Shown here in pieces: positions 8,715 to 18,270 of a stretch of DNA of 64,000 nucleotides; within the stretch, counting starts at the first letter, position 1; the number at the start of each line of letters is the position of its first letter. Source of the DNA: Bacteroidaceae bacterium (GTDB taxonomy: Bacteria > Bacteroidota > Bacteroidia > Bacteroidales > Bacteroidaceae); the NCBI GenBank assembly GCA_963640465.1, contig CAVHYP010000001.1, positions 20,553 to 84,552 on the forward strand. Reading direction: 5' to 3'. A model generated the notes under the pieces. The model made no database searches. It saw only the letters and a program-made list of their open reading frames with translations, and had not been told where the DNA came from. Made by a program: the position numbers and the translations under genes.

Positions 8715-10938
8715 TTATTGCATCAAACATCATGTGCAGCTCTCCGTTCTCTTCTCCTTCGAAGTCAAGATTGAAATCTTCAGCACCATAGACATAGAAC
8801 TTCAAGAAGGTTTTCTTGTCTTCTGCTGTCTTGTATGCCTTGCTGAAGTAACGGCATGCCGACTTTATATCTCCATCCGTGTAATGTGCAAAGGCAATAT
8901 ATATAAGGCTCTCTAAATCCGTTCCCTTTTCAGTCCATTTTGCCATGACATGCTTTGCTTTGTCTTTCTCTCCAGTACAATAGAGGGCTTTGCCCAGCAT
9001 ATATTGAAGTTCTGCAGATTCTTCATCAAGATATGTGGCCTTATACAACAGAGGTAGGCACTCTTTGTATTTCTCTTCCTTCATCATACATTCAATCTTG
9101 TTGCGAATCCACTTCAGGTTGTCAGGGTCGTTATTCAGTATTTCGTCAATGATTTTATTTGCATAATCGAACTCACATTCATCCATGTATACTTGTGCCA
9201 GATGTGTCAGAGTCCACCTTGAACCGGGTTGGATTCTGTTGGCGACTTCATAATCAGAAATTGCATAATAGGGGGTCAGGTCTTTTTGTTCGCAGAAACC
9301 AATCTTTTGCCAGATGTCAACGTCTTCCTCTCTTTCCTGCGGATTTAAGCTCCTAAATAGTCTTACAGCGGATTTGTACCGCTCTTTGTGCATCATGAAT
9401 TCTGCCAATGCCACTATTTCATCATAATTGTCGGTGGTCAGGAGGTCTTTCAGCACTTCGAACCATGTCGGGTCGAAATCCGGTTGGAACTTGTTGAACG
9501 GGTCGAAGAACTGTGTGTGGTCAGGGTGAGCTTTGAAGAAGCGGTACAAGTCGAAGATGTAGTTTCTTGATATGCTTTGTTTGTCTGTCTTGTTCTCCTT
9601 CTCTTTCTTCATTTCTTTGTATGCTTCCATCGCCTCCGCGTTATTTGCCTGTACCTGTATGTGACTGGCAATCAAGTCTTGACTCTGTTGTGGTAGGGAG
9701 TCGAGCATCATCATAAATGAGAATTTGTCACTGTCGCAGAACGACGACAACGTGAAGAGAATGTCAGTGATATGCAGAATCTCCTTTCTCAGTTTGCCTG
9801 ATAGTTCATGAATCTCTGTATAGTTGTCGGTGAAGGGCACGAACCAATGGTGTGTTTTGTTGAAGAACTGGAATCTCTTCAGGTTTGAGAATGAGTTCCA
9901 GTTTATGTCGGCTCCGTCCATCTGCAGATTGGATATCTGTCGCATCTTCTTTTCAATCTGGTCGTCCGTACTCTGCTTGTGATGCCATTCTGGGTTCTCT
10001 CCATTTGCTGTGAGAGTACCTTCTTCGTCTATCGTGAGTTTTATGTTGCTCGTGGCGTTCGTTATGAAAGGAAGTATGTCCTGGTTCATTTTCTGGGAGA
10101 TGGAATCGGTTGCCATGCAGTATTGCAACTGCATTAAAATCTGGAAGCAGTCTGAAGAGAACTGACTGTTGTCTGTGTACAGACGGAAACGGGGCTCTAT
10201 CTGTGCCTGGAAATACTTGCGACTGTTATATCTTATAATAAGGAGTATGAGACCAACCAATGCTCTCTGACTTATTTCCGGAGTACTGTCGAGGCTGAAA
10301 TCGAAAAGAAGGTTTATCTTGTTGGTGTCAAACAGCTCGTATGAAGCGATGGTTACGGCACTTATGACCATGAGTTTCACTTGTAGCAATATCGACTTGT
10401 TGTTGAGCAGGTCGGTGCATGCGGAATAGTCTTTTTGTGTCCATAAGTCTGACATCCATATGTCATTGAAGATCTGCTCCATCAGCGCATCGTGCTGCGG
10501 CAACAGATGCTCCATCCGGTATTCCTGTATGTTCTTCCGTTTTATCGGGTTTGCGTTGATTTCTGTTATTTGTGCACCTAGAGTTTCCAGCTCGGCTGTC
10601 ATTGCCTGCATGTCCAATGGTGCGGCTTGGCATTTTGTGTAGGTTTTGCAGAATAGGGTGTAAGGCTCGTTCTTCAACTTTATGTCTCTGTTCGCAAGGT
10701 CATTTATGATGTATGCCTTGCGTATCAGTTCTTGGCGCATGTGTCCGTATTCTGTATCGTCTACGCCCTTGCGGAGGAACGACAGCATATTGTTGTATGT
10801 GTCGGTTATTTGCTCGAGGTCGCTCTGAAGTTGCCAGTTGCCCAGACTGTTTACTTTAGTCTGCAGCATCTCCAGCGCTTCAAAAAGGTCTCCGCTTTCT
10901 AGTTTGTTGTATATGTTATTGTTGCTGTTGTCTGCCAT
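8686..10938 (-). CDS. large tetratricopeptide-repeat (TPR) protein, function unknown
   Basis: 750 aa with no signal peptide. The C-terminal third has TPR-like helical repeats (YKSAVRLFRSL..., LAQVYMDECEFDYANKIIDEIL, YKECLPLLYKATYL, LGKALYCTGEKDKA). Confidence 0.6.
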   Translation of the reverse strand: MADNSNNNIYNKLESGDLFEALEMLQTKVNSLGNWQLQSDLEQITDTYNNMLSFLRKGVDDTEYGHMRQELIRKAYIINDLANRDIKLKNEPYTLFCKTYTKCQAAPLDMQAMTAELETLGAQITEINANPIKRKNIQEYRMEHLLPQHDALMEQIFNDIWMSDLWTQKDYSACTDLLNNKSILLQVKLMVISAVTIASYELFDTNKINLLFDFSLDSTPEISQRALVGLILLIIRYNSRKYFQAQIEPRFRLYTDNSQFSSDCFQILMQLQYCMATDSISQKMNQDILPFITNATSNIKLTIDEEGTLTANGENPEWHHKQSTDDQIEKKMRQISNLQMDGADINWNSFSNLKRFQFFNKTHHWFVPFTDNYTEIHELSGKLRKEILHITDILFTLSSFCDSDKFSFMMMLDSLPQQSQDLIASHIQVQANNAEAMEAYKEMKKEKENKTDKQSISRNYIFDLYRFFKAHPDHTQFFDPFNKFQPDFDPTWFEVLKDLLTTDNYDEIVALAEFMMHKERYKSAVRLFRSLNPQEREEDVDIWQKIGFCEQKDLTPYYAISDYEVANRIQPGSRWTLTHLAQVYMDECEFDYANKIIDEILNNDPDNLKWIRNKIECMMKEEKYKECLPLLYKATYLDEESAELQYMLGKALYCTGEKDKAKHVMAKWTEKGTDLESLIYIAFAHYTDGDIKSACRYFSKAYKTAEDKKTFLKFYVYGAEDFNLDFEGEENGELHMMFDAIIATTKGNDQ

Positions 10939-11662
10939 GTGTCGTGAGTGAGTATGCTTCTGTGATTTTGTCTATTCCCTTCTTGTATTTCCTATATGTC
11001 TTTCCTTTTACAAGTACTCTCATCAGTTGTTCTTTGGATGATATAATGCGTCGTGCACCTTGCTCTTCGCATTGGCTGGCATAAGGCTCGGGCAGCATAG
11101 CTCCATCGTATTGGTTGAGTTTGAGCATCTTTGCCCTTAGTGCAATGTCATTGATTTGTGGACGGTTGAGGTGGTCGCGTCCTATCTTTGCCTTGTCCAT
11201 GGTCTGGTCGGCAAAATAGTCTATTGCTGAATTCCTTGTGACTGCTACCACTCTGTCCTTCAGGTTTTGTATTGATTTGATTCGTGAGGTCTTTGCTGTC
11301 ATTAAGTAAAGGCGCAGTGTGTCAGTTATGATGTTTCTTATTGTATCATCCTTTACTTGAGTCTTCAGGTATTCCGACTTTATTGAATCTGACACCAGCA
11401 GATGTACTTTCCCTTTCACGAAAGCAGTGTCTGCATCCATGGCTGAGGCGAATGTATCGAGTTTCACTTCCACTTCCAGTGAATCGAACAGTCCGTTTTG
11501 CAAGGCTATGTTGAATGGCTCGCATTCTTTTGTCGGCAATACGGCAATATGGACAACAAGGGAGTCGGAGTCCTTGTCGTCTTTATTAGTAGAACTGCCG
11601 TACTGGCATGAACTGGTCATGCACAATACGACAGTTAATAGTAGTAGTTGGCAAAATTTCAT
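10916..11662 (-). CDS. lipoprotein with periplasmic substrate-binding-protein-like sequence (hypothetical)
   Basis: 248 aa. Lipobox signal MKFCQLLLLTVVLCMTSSC. The alternating alpha/beta pattern resembles type-2 solute-binding proteins, and there are no adjacent permease/ATPase genes. Confidence 0.45.
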   Translation of the reverse strand: MKFCQLLLLTVVLCMTSSCQYGSSTNKDDKDSDSLVVHIAVLPTKECEPFNIALQNGLFDSLEVEVKLDTFASAMDADTAFVKGKVHLLVSDSIKSEYLKTQVKDDTIRNIITDTLRLYLMTAKTSRIKSIQNLKDRVVAVTRNSAIDYFADQTMDKAKIGRDHLNRPQINDIALRAKMLKLNQYDGAMLPEPYASQCEEQGARRIISSKEQLMRVLVKGKTYRKYKKGIDKITEAYSLTTHGRQQQQ

Positions 11663-11706
11663 GTCACTTTACTAATTGCCGGGACAATGTCGCAGTCCCC
11701 GTGAAT

Positions 11707-12978
11707 TTATTTTTCGCCAGTGATAGCAGCTACTCCTGGGAGTACCTTTCCTTCGATTGCTTCGAGCAATGCACCACCACCTGTAGAGATGTATGATACC
11801 TTGTCTGCAAGACCGAACTTGTTGACGCATGCTACTGAGTCACCACCTCCGATGAGTGAGAATGCTCCTTCTGCAGTAGCCTTGGCTACAGCCTCGCCGA
11901 TTGCCTTGCTGCCAACAGTGAACTCATCGCACTCGAAGCATCCGGCTGGACCATTCCACAGAATGGTCTTTGCGCCTTCGATGGCTTCAGCGAACTTCTT
12001 GCGGCTCTCTGGACCTGCATCCAATCCTTCGTACTCAGCTGGGATGGCTGTAGATGGGAATGTCTCGATCTTGGCACCTTCCTTCACGCAGAAGTTGGCG
12101 AAGTCATAGTCTGTACAGCATACAGAGTCTACGCCGAGCACGAGCTCTACACCGTTTTCTTTTGCCATCTTCTCAACGTTGAGTGCAACGTCGAGCTTGT
12201 CGAGCTCTACGATTGAGCTACCAATCTCACCGCCGTGAGCCTTTGAGAATGTGTAAGTCATACCACCGCAGAGGATGAGTTTGTCAACCTTGCCAAGCAG
12301 GTTCTCGATGATTCCAATCTTTGATGATACCTTTGAACCGCCCATGATAGCAACGAATGGACGCTTGATGTTCTTGAGCACATTGTCCACTGCCTGAACT
12401 TCCTTCTCCATGAGGAGACCCAGCATCTTGTCGTTTGTATCGAAGTAGTCAGCGATGACTGCTGTAGAAGCATGCTTGCGGTGTGCAGTACCGAAGGCAT
12501 CCATTACGTAGCAGTCAGCATAGCTTGCAAGTTTCTTTGCGAAGTCTTTCTGACGTGCTTTCATTTCCTTTTTTGCTGCTTCATATTCAGGAGCTTCCTT
12601 GTCGATGCCTACTGGCTTGCCTTCCTCTTCTGGATAGAAACGAAGGTTCTCAAGCAATAGTACTTCACCCTTCTTGAGGCTTGCGGCAGCTTCGTCAGCC
12701 TTGCCACAGTCTGCAGCGAACTTCACTGGAGTTCCGAGAGCAGCGCTTACTGCGTTCACAATCTGTGAGAGTGACAGTTCTGCCTTCACTTTGCCTTTTG
12801 GCTTGCCCATATGGGACATGATGATGAGTGAACCTCCTTTTTCAAGGATGAGTTTAAGGGTAGGAAGCGCACCGTTGATACGGGTCATGTCGGTTATCTT
12901 GCCATCCTGGATAGGGACATTGAAGTCAACACGAACGATGGCTTTCTTGCCATCAAAATTGTAGTCTCTGATATTCAT
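11707..12978 (-). CDS. pgk: phosphoglycerate kinase
   Basis: 423 aa. Motifs [17 protein letters not shown], and C-terminal STGGGALLE. Confidence 0.95.
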   Translation of the reverse strand: MNIRDYNFDGKKAIVRVDFNVPIQDGKITDMTRINGALPTLKLILEKGGSLIIMSHMGKPKGKVKAELSLSQIVNAVSAALGTPVKFAADCGKADEAAASLKKGEVLLLENLRFYPEEEGKPVGIDKEAPEYEAAKKEMKARQKDFAKKLASYADCYVMDAFGTAHRKHASTAVIADYFDTNDKMLGLLMEKEVQAVDNVLKNIKRPFVAIMGGSKVSSKIGIIENLLGKVDKLILCGGMTYTFSKAHGGEIGSSIVELDKLDVALNVEKMAKENGVELVLGVDSVCCTDYDFANFCVKEGAKIETFPSTAIPAEYEGLDAGPESRKKFAEAIEGAKTILWNGPAGCFECDEFTVGSKAIGEAVAKATAEGAFSLIGGGDSVACVNKFGLADKVSYISTGGGALLEAIEGKVLPGVAAITGEK

Positions 12979-13025
12979 AACTTATAGTTTAAAAAATTAA
13001 AGTTGCTCTATGCATATATCGTCTG

Positions 13026-13033
13026 CAAAGATA
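13026..13033 (-). promoter_or_regulatory. candidate -7 promoter box (TATCTTTG) for pgk
   Basis: TAnnTTTG on the minus strand, about 47 nt upstream of the pgk ATG. Confidence 0.45.
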
Positions 13034-13267
13034 GCGATTTTTGATGATACACTGACTGCATGCGAATGCTTTTTTGTGAAAATATATCTGTAGCGATGCT
13101 GGTTGACTGCCATTTCTTCTTGTCGGCTGTACAACTGTTGCGGTTTTGTTCTGTATGGCTTAGAAATCCTGCTCGGGCATTTCCTCGGTTTTGCCTTCAT
13201 GATTTCATCTACAGAAACACATGATGCAACTGCCACCTAGTGGAAGGCTTGGAACTCTTTGGCAAGA

Positions 13268-13334
13268 GGATATAAGTCCGTCGGTTGGTGAAAGAGATGT
13301 TCGTTGCTTGGTGGATATAGGTCTGTTTTTTTGT
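13268..13334. repeat. degenerate 3-unit array related to repeat family 1
   Basis: Units GATATAAGTCCGTCGGTTGGTGAAA / GAGATGTTCGTTGCTTGGTG / GATATAGGTCTGTTTTTTTGTG lie directly 3' of the nth stop (13339). They resemble GATACGTCCGGTTGTCTGAACC only loosely. Confidence 0.35.
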
Positions 13335-13338
13335 GGAC

Positions 13339-13992
13339 TCATTGTGATTCGTTTTTCGTAGATTTATTGTACTCGCAAAATTGTCTTATGCCACAATTGT
13401 TGCATGATGGCTTCGACGCTTTGCATACATATCTGCCGTGGAGCAACAGCCAGTGGTGTGCCAATGGAATGAGTTCGGGAGGAAACATCTTTGTCAGTTC
13501 CTTTTCCACACTGAACGGGGTGGTGCACCGTTTTGACACTAGCCCAATCCGATGACTCACTCTGAATACATGGGTGTCGACAGCCATGGTGCTTTCGCCA
13601 TAGGCAATGCTTAGGATGACGTTAGCTGTCTTCCTACCTACACCGGGCAGTTTCAGTAGGTCGTCCATGTTTGATGGTACTTGTCCGTTGAAGTCTGTCA
13701 TCAGCATTTTTGCCATACCCACTAGGTGCTTTGCCTTGCTGTGGGGATAACTGATGCTGCAGATGTATGCCTCCACTTCCGCTTCGTCCGCTTCAGCCAT
13801 GTTGTCCGGAGTGGGGTAGGCTGCGAACAGCGATGGTGTCACCATGTTCACTCTTTTGTCTGTGCATTGCGCGCTCAGCATCACTGCTACCAATAATTGG
13901 TATGTCGAGTCGAAATGTAGTTCCGACTGTGCGTTCGGCATTTCTCTCTGAAAGTAGTCAATTACAGCACTTAATCTGTCTTGTTTCTTCAT
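13339..13992 (-). CDS. nth: endonuclease III (DNA glycosylase/AP lyase)
   Basis: 217 aa. HhH-GPD motif LPGVGRKTANV and a C-terminal 4Fe-4S loop CKASKPSCNNCGIRQFC (C-X6-C-X2-C-X5-C). Confidence 0.9.
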   Translation of the reverse strand: MKKQDRLSAVIDYFQREMPNAQSELHFDSTYQLLVAVMLSAQCTDKRVNMVTPSLFAAYPTPDNMAEADEAEVEAYICSISYPHSKAKHLVGMAKMLMTDFNGQVPSNMDDLLKLPGVGRKTANVILSIAYGESTMAVDTHVFRVSHRIGLVSKRCTTPFSVEKELTKMFPPELIPLAHHWLLLHGRYVCKASKPSCNNCGIRQFCEYNKSTKNESQ

Positions 13993-14062
13993 CTTACGTC
14001 TGATTTTTTACAAAGTAAAGCAATTTTCCCGAGATAGTCATCCATCGAAAGGAAATTTGTTG

Positions 14063-14070
14063 TAAATTTG
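14063..14070 (+). promoter_or_regulatory. candidate -7 promoter box (TAAATTTG) for rpoD
   Basis: TAnnTTTG, 23 nt upstream of the rpoD ATG. Confidence 0.45.
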
Positions 14071-14093
14071 CACGCTAATTCGCAGTTATAGGA

Positions 14094-14957
14094 ATGAGAC
14101 AATTAAAAATTACCAAGAGTATCACCAATCGTGAGAGTGCTTCACTTGACAAGTACCTTCAGGAAATTGGTCGTGAGGAATTAATCACAGTAGAGGACGA
14201 AGTAGAACTTGCCGCCAGGATAAAGAAGGGCGACCGCAAGGCTTTGGAGAAGCTGACCAAGGCAAACTTGCGTTTTGTTGTGTCTGTAGCAAAGCAGTAT
14301 CAGAATCAGGGATTGAGTTTGCCGGATTTGATTAACGAGGGCAACCTTGGCTTGATTAAGGCTGCCGAGAAATTCGATGAGACACGTGGTTTCAAGTTTA
14401 TCTCTTATGCTGTATGGTGGATTCGCCAGAGTATTCTTCAGGCATTGGCAGAACAGGCTCGAATCGTGCGCTTGCCGCTTAATCAGGTTGGTTCTCTTAA
14501 CAAGATAACCAAGGCATTGGCTAAGTTCGAACAGGAGAACGAACGCCGTCCGTCTTCTGAGGAGTTGGCATCTCTTGTCGGCTTGCCTGAGGACAAGATA
14601 GGTGACACCATGAAGGTGCAGGGTCGTCACGTGAGTGTTGATGCTCCGTTCGTAGAAGGTGAGGACAACAGCCTGTTGGACGTATTGGTAAATGACGACA
14701 GCCCTATGGCAGACAAGTCGCTCATCAACGAGTCGTTGTCAAAGGAAATCGACCGTGCCCTCGATACACTGGGTGCCAGAGAGAAAAAAATCATACAAAT
14801 GTTCTTCGGCATCGGAGGCCAGGAACAGACCTTGGAAGAAATTGGTCAGGAACTGGGACTCACTAGGGAGAGAGTTCGTCAGATTAAGGAAAAGGCAATA
14901 CGCCGTTTGCGTCAGAACTCGAGAAGCCGTTTGCTGAAATCTTATTTGGGAGCATAA
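14094..14957 (+). CDS. rpoD: primary RNA polymerase sigma factor (short Bacteroidetes sigma-A)
   Basis: 287 aa. Sigma-70 regions 2-4 are recognisable: [25 protein letters not shown] and [27 protein letters not shown]. Confidence 0.9.
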   Translation: MRQLKITKSITNRESASLDKYLQEIGREELITVEDEVELAARIKKGDRKALEKLTKANLRFVVSVAKQYQNQGLSLPDLINEGNLGLIKAAEKFDETRGFKFISYAVWWIRQSILQALAEQARIVRLPLNQVGSLNKITKALAKFEQENERRPSSEELASLVGLPEDKIGDTMKVQGRHVSVDAPFVEGEDNSLLDVLVNDDSPMADKSLINESLSKEIDRALDTLGAREKKIIQMFFGIGGQEQTLEEIGQELGLTRERVRQIKEKAIRRLRQNSRSRLLKSYLGA

Positions 14958-14965
14958 AGTCCATT

Positions 14966-15538
14966 ATGAAAAGTTCAGTTAGACTCATAGCGTCTGTCAT
15001 TGCACTCTTGCTTTCTTCATCCTTGGCATTTGCACAGGTCAATGGAGAAGGCATGGGTAACCGACCGGAAGGTAGCATTGATAACCGACTTGATGGCGGC
15101 AAGGATATGCAGCCGGGCAAGAAACCGAGCAAGAAACCAAAGAGCGAGATGACAGAGCAGGAGATAAGTGATGCAATCGTATCACACTTGTACACCGCAC
15201 CGGTCTACATGTTTTGTGTCTCAGCGGAATTCGGTGATTCCACGGTTTACGTTACGAGTGTGCAGGAGATTGATAGTGTGCAACTGACCAAGAGGTACGA
15301 TTTCCTGCGCTATCGTTCTTATTACAGCCGTCAGTTCACCGACTTCCTCTCCACAGCCTATGCCACCAAGAACCAGACTACAAGTGTGTTCTTCGACAAG
15401 AAACGCAGCCGGCTCATCAAGCGGTTCAATAAGATTTTGAAAAAATATGAGGACTCCAAGAATGTTCATGTGGTGTTTGTGACTGAAGATAGGTTTCAGC
15501 TGAAATCTTCCGAAGATTTGTCGAATGTTGTCATTTAG
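14966..15538 (+). CDS. secreted hypothetical protein
   Basis: 190 aa. Signal peptide MKSSVRLIASVIALLLSSSLAFAQ, then a low-complexity G/K/P linker and a roughly 120-aa globular part. It starts 9 nt after the rpoD stop. Confidence 0.5.
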   Translation: MKSSVRLIASVIALLLSSSLAFAQVNGEGMGNRPEGSIDNRLDGGKDMQPGKKPSKKPKSEMTEQEISDAIVSHLYTAPVYMFCVSAEFGDSTVYVTSVQEIDSVQLTKRYDFLRYRSYYSRQFTDFLSTAYATKNQTTSVFFDKKRSRLIKRFNKILKKYEDSKNVHVVFVTEDRFQLKSSEDLSNVVI

Positions 15539-15551
15539 TCAAGCCAGAACT

Positions 15552-16874
15552 ATGGGAAAGTTTTGCTGCTTGTTGGTGCTTGCCGTTTGTGTGCTGGCGA
15601 GTTCCTGCAGTAAAGATGATGAAGATAAAAAGCAAACCGTTGCCACGCGTTCTGTCCTTGTATATATATCAGGAGAGAATTCCTTGAATTCATATGTTTC
15701 TTCCGACGTGAATGAGATGCTCAGGGCAAAATCGGTGTTGGGAGACGACGACAATCTGATTTTGTATGTTGATGACACTGACTATCCGCGGTTTTACGAA
15801 ATCAAGAACACTACATCAGCAACATCCTTCGCACGTCTTACACCGGTGAAGACTTATTCTGAGGAGATGGATTCGGCTACACCTGAGGTTTTCCGGAAAA
15901 TACTTGATTATTTTTTCAGCCACTACAAGGCTGAGAGTTATGGACTTGTCATGTGGTCACATGGCTCTGGTTGGGTGAATGATCCGAGCAATCAGACTGA
16001 TGAAACACTGAGTGATAATTCGCGAACTGATGCTGCACTGACTGATGCTTCTGCATCATCAACTGCATCAGCCTCTTTATCGCTCTCTTCATTTGCAGTC
16101 GTAAGGAAGACTATTGGTGTTGACAATGGTCACAATACCACCTCCGATACGGGCACACGTATGGAGGTGGTCGACATGGCTTCTGTGTTGGAAACTTACC
16201 CCAAGTTTGAATTCATCATGTTTGATGCCTGCTTCATGCAGGGAATGGAGGTGGCATACGAACTGCGCAATTCTGCCAATTACATAATAGGTTCGCCTGC
16301 GGAAACTCCGGGTGAAGGTGCGCCCTATCAGAATGAGCTTGCGCCGATGTTTGCCAATCCGTTCAATCCGCAGCCCTTGGTCTACAACTATTTTTCCTAT
16401 TATGGCGAGTATACCAGTTACGGAGTGGTGATATCTGCAATCAAGACTGACGAGTTCAGTGAGTTTTTGCCTGTTATGCAGGATTTGTTGGCAAGTTATG
16501 ATTTTCTGAACGACTCATTATATTCTTATTCCGATTGTCTCGACTATTTCCTTTATTCCTGGAACTTCAGTCGTACATCGGACGTGATGCCATATCCCGA
16601 CTATTACGACATACAGGGAATAATGCTCAAAGTGCTTTCTTCAGAAGATTATGCCAAGTGGAAGACTGCATTTGACAAACTTGTGCCTTATAAGTATGCA
16701 TCTGCCGGCTGGTACAGTTCTTACAGACGTGGCTCGATGGTTGTCAACCAAAACCAGTGTGGAGGCGTAAACATGTATCTGCCTCTTTCGAAGTATTCCT
16801 CAAACAAGTTTTTCAGCTATTATGGAAGAACAGCATGGGGAAAGGCAATGTGGTGCAGCACTGATTCCATTTGA
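15552..16874 (+). CDS. clostripain-related cysteine peptidase (family C11), lipoprotein
   Basis: ORF 15525..16874. I prefer the start at 15552 (MGKFCCLLVLAVCVLASSC lipobox), which removes the overlap with the upstream gene. C11 His/Cys contexts are VMWSHGSGW and FIMFDACFMQ. There is an S/T/A-rich insertion (TDAALTDASASSTASASLSLSS). Confidence 0.75.
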   Translation: MGKFCCLLVLAVCVLASSCSKDDEDKKQTVATRSVLVYISGENSLNSYVSSDVNEMLRAKSVLGDDDNLILYVDDTDYPRFYEIKNTTSATSFARLTPVKTYSEEMDSATPEVFRKILDYFFSHYKAESYGLVMWSHGSGWVNDPSNQTDETLSDNSRTDAALTDASASSTASASLSLSSFAVVRKTIGVDNGHNTTSDTGTRMEVVDMASVLETYPKFEFIMFDACFMQGMEVAYELRNSANYIIGSPAETPGEGAPYQNELAPMFANPFNPQPLVYNYFSYYGEYTSYGVVISAIKTDEFSEFLPVMQDLLASYDFLNDSLYSYSDCLDYFLYSWNFSRTSDVMPYPDYYDIQGIMLKVLSSEDYAKWKTAFDKLVPYKYASAGWYSSYRRGSMVVNQNQCGGVNMYLPLSKYSSNKFFSYYGRTAWGKAMWCSTDSI

Positions 16875-16948
16875 AGCGTCAATAATTTCATCAGAATCAT
16901 CGCTAATTCCATTTGAGGCATCAATGACAACATTTGAAGCGTCAAACA
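16865..16948. repeat. three copies of (T)CCATTTGA(A/G)GC(G/A)TCAA, the first containing the stop codon of the C11 gene
   Basis: Copies start at about 16865, 16907 and 16931. Copy 1 spans ...tcc att TGA. Confidence 0.75.
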
Positions 16949-17002
16949 TCCATCTGACTCATCATCTACTCATGGATAGTGTTTGACGCTTCACACGTTT
17001 TT
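16935..17002 (+). terminator. hairpin terminator between convergent genes
   Basis: A perfect 14-bp stem, TGAAGCGTCAAACA (16935-16948) / TGTTTGACGCTTCA (16980-16993). The 31-nt loop is itself partly paired (TCCAT/ATGGA). It is followed by CACGTTTTT. Confidence 0.6.
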
Positions 17003-17017
17003 CCCTATCAGATGACT

Positions 17018-18136
17018 CTATTCGTCATACAGCAAGTACTTGTTCAGGGTCTTTGCTGCCCAGTCGTCGTACATGTCCACCAGTTGCTTGGGCTGTGTGC
17101 CAAACCAACTGTATCCGTTCCGTCTTTCGTAGTCGATGTCTTCCACTCTCTTCTGCGGTATGCCGTTCCTTCCGCAGAACAGTGGCTCACCATTGATCAG
17201 GTCGTAGAACCGTGCCCACATTGCCGGAGCACCTTTCTTGTCGACTATTCTGTAGTCGGGCTTGCCTTCTTCGTCGGTGAAGCGCTCGATGGCTTTGTTC
17301 TCTATCTTGTGGTTTTCATACCAGCGGATGGCTCCGTCGATGGCAAGTATGATTCTGTCCGATGGATTTTCGATGGAAAGCAACAGGTTGACAATGGCAA
17401 CCGACTCGCCTGCTCCGCAGAACGATGGCAGTTCGTAGGCGCGTGCCTGTGCTGGCTTGAGGGTTTTCTCGTCGTGCTGCTGACACCACACTGTGGGCTG
17501 TCCGTCGACCACAATCTGACAATTCAGTATGCATTCCACGCCCTTGTCGTATGCTTCCTTGCATCGTTTCCGCTGTTCTTCCTTCAGCCACAGCATGTCG
17601 TAGGGCTCGTCGTTGCGTGAAACGGAAAGCAGGAACTGCATGACATTGACCATTGCATTGTCGTTGAACGTGATGTGGTCGGAGTAGGAGCCTTCTCCTC
17701 TTGAAGGATAGAACTGTGGCCAGCCTCCGTTGTTGTACTGCATTCCAAGCAGATAGTCGAGTCCGTTGAGGAATGCCACGCGGTATTCTATGATGTTCGT
17801 GTAGTAGTACATCTTGGCAAGGAATTCCATCTCCTTGTATGTGGCACCATTGTCGATGGTGGATCCGATGCCGGTCTTCATGCACTGTGCCATATATACG
17901 GTATCTGGACCGAGGCCCCAGTCCTGGTTCTTTGCCCATCCGCCGCTTGGCATCTGGTATTTCACTATACTATCTGCGACAGCCCTTGCCTGTTGGCTCA
18001 CATACCATTCGTATTTTGTCTGTCGGTATGCCTCGCGCCACGACATCGGGACAAAGGCAGTTGTGTCTACCGGGATCTGTGCAGTTATGACAATGCTTGT
18101 AAGCAGCGCAAAGACTGTCGTAATAGTTCTGTTCAT
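17018..18136 (-). CDS. pectate lyase, PL10 (PelA/Pel-15E) type
   Basis: ORF 17018..18220. I prefer the start at 18136 (MNRTITTVFALLTSIVITAQ signal peptide). Motifs: MPSGGWAKNQDW, STIDNGAT, YNNGGWPQFYP, ITFNDNAM. Confidence 0.75.
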   Translation of the reverse strand: MNRTITTVFALLTSIVITAQIPVDTTAFVPMSWREAYRQTKYEWYVSQQARAVADSIVKYQMPSGGWAKNQDWGLGPDTVYMAQCMKTGIGSTIDNGATYKEMEFLAKMYYYTNIIEYRVAFLNGLDYLLGMQYNNGGWPQFYPSRGEGSYSDHITFNDNAMVNVMQFLLSVSRNDEPYDMLWLKEEQRKRCKEAYDKGVECILNCQIVVDGQPTVWCQQHDEKTLKPAQARAYELPSFCGAGESVAIVNLLLSIENPSDRIILAIDGAIRWYENHKIENKAIERFTDEEGKPDYRIVDKKGAPAMWARFYDLINGEPLFCGRNGIPQKRVEDIDYERRNGYSWFGTQPKQLVDMYDDWAAKTLNKYLLYDE

Positions 18137-18270
18137 CTGTTCAGTCTGCTCTGAATGTATCTTGTATAATATACCTTTATAATATATCTGCCGAATACAC
18201 CTTATGCATGATATATTCAATACAAAATATATCTTGTTCTATGTTCTATATATCTTTTGCTGTCTTCTCC

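Noticed and set aside
12997-13236. 79-aa minus-strand ORF in the pgk-nth gap (also the 104-aa ORF at 30122-30436 and the 87-aa ORF at 45874-46137)
   Set aside because: They have odd composition and no recognisable motifs. The first spans the pgk promoter box, and the others lie in repeat-rich or structured spacers. There is no supporting start context.
18137-18220. N-terminal extensions of listed ORFs (also 27189-27266, 45587-45616, 57559-57657, 61700-61858, 31457-31525, 15525-15551)
   Set aside because: In each case an internal Met begins a proper signal peptide or conserved N-terminus. In several cases a TAnnTTTG promoter box lies inside the extension, so the extension is unlikely to be transcribed or translated.
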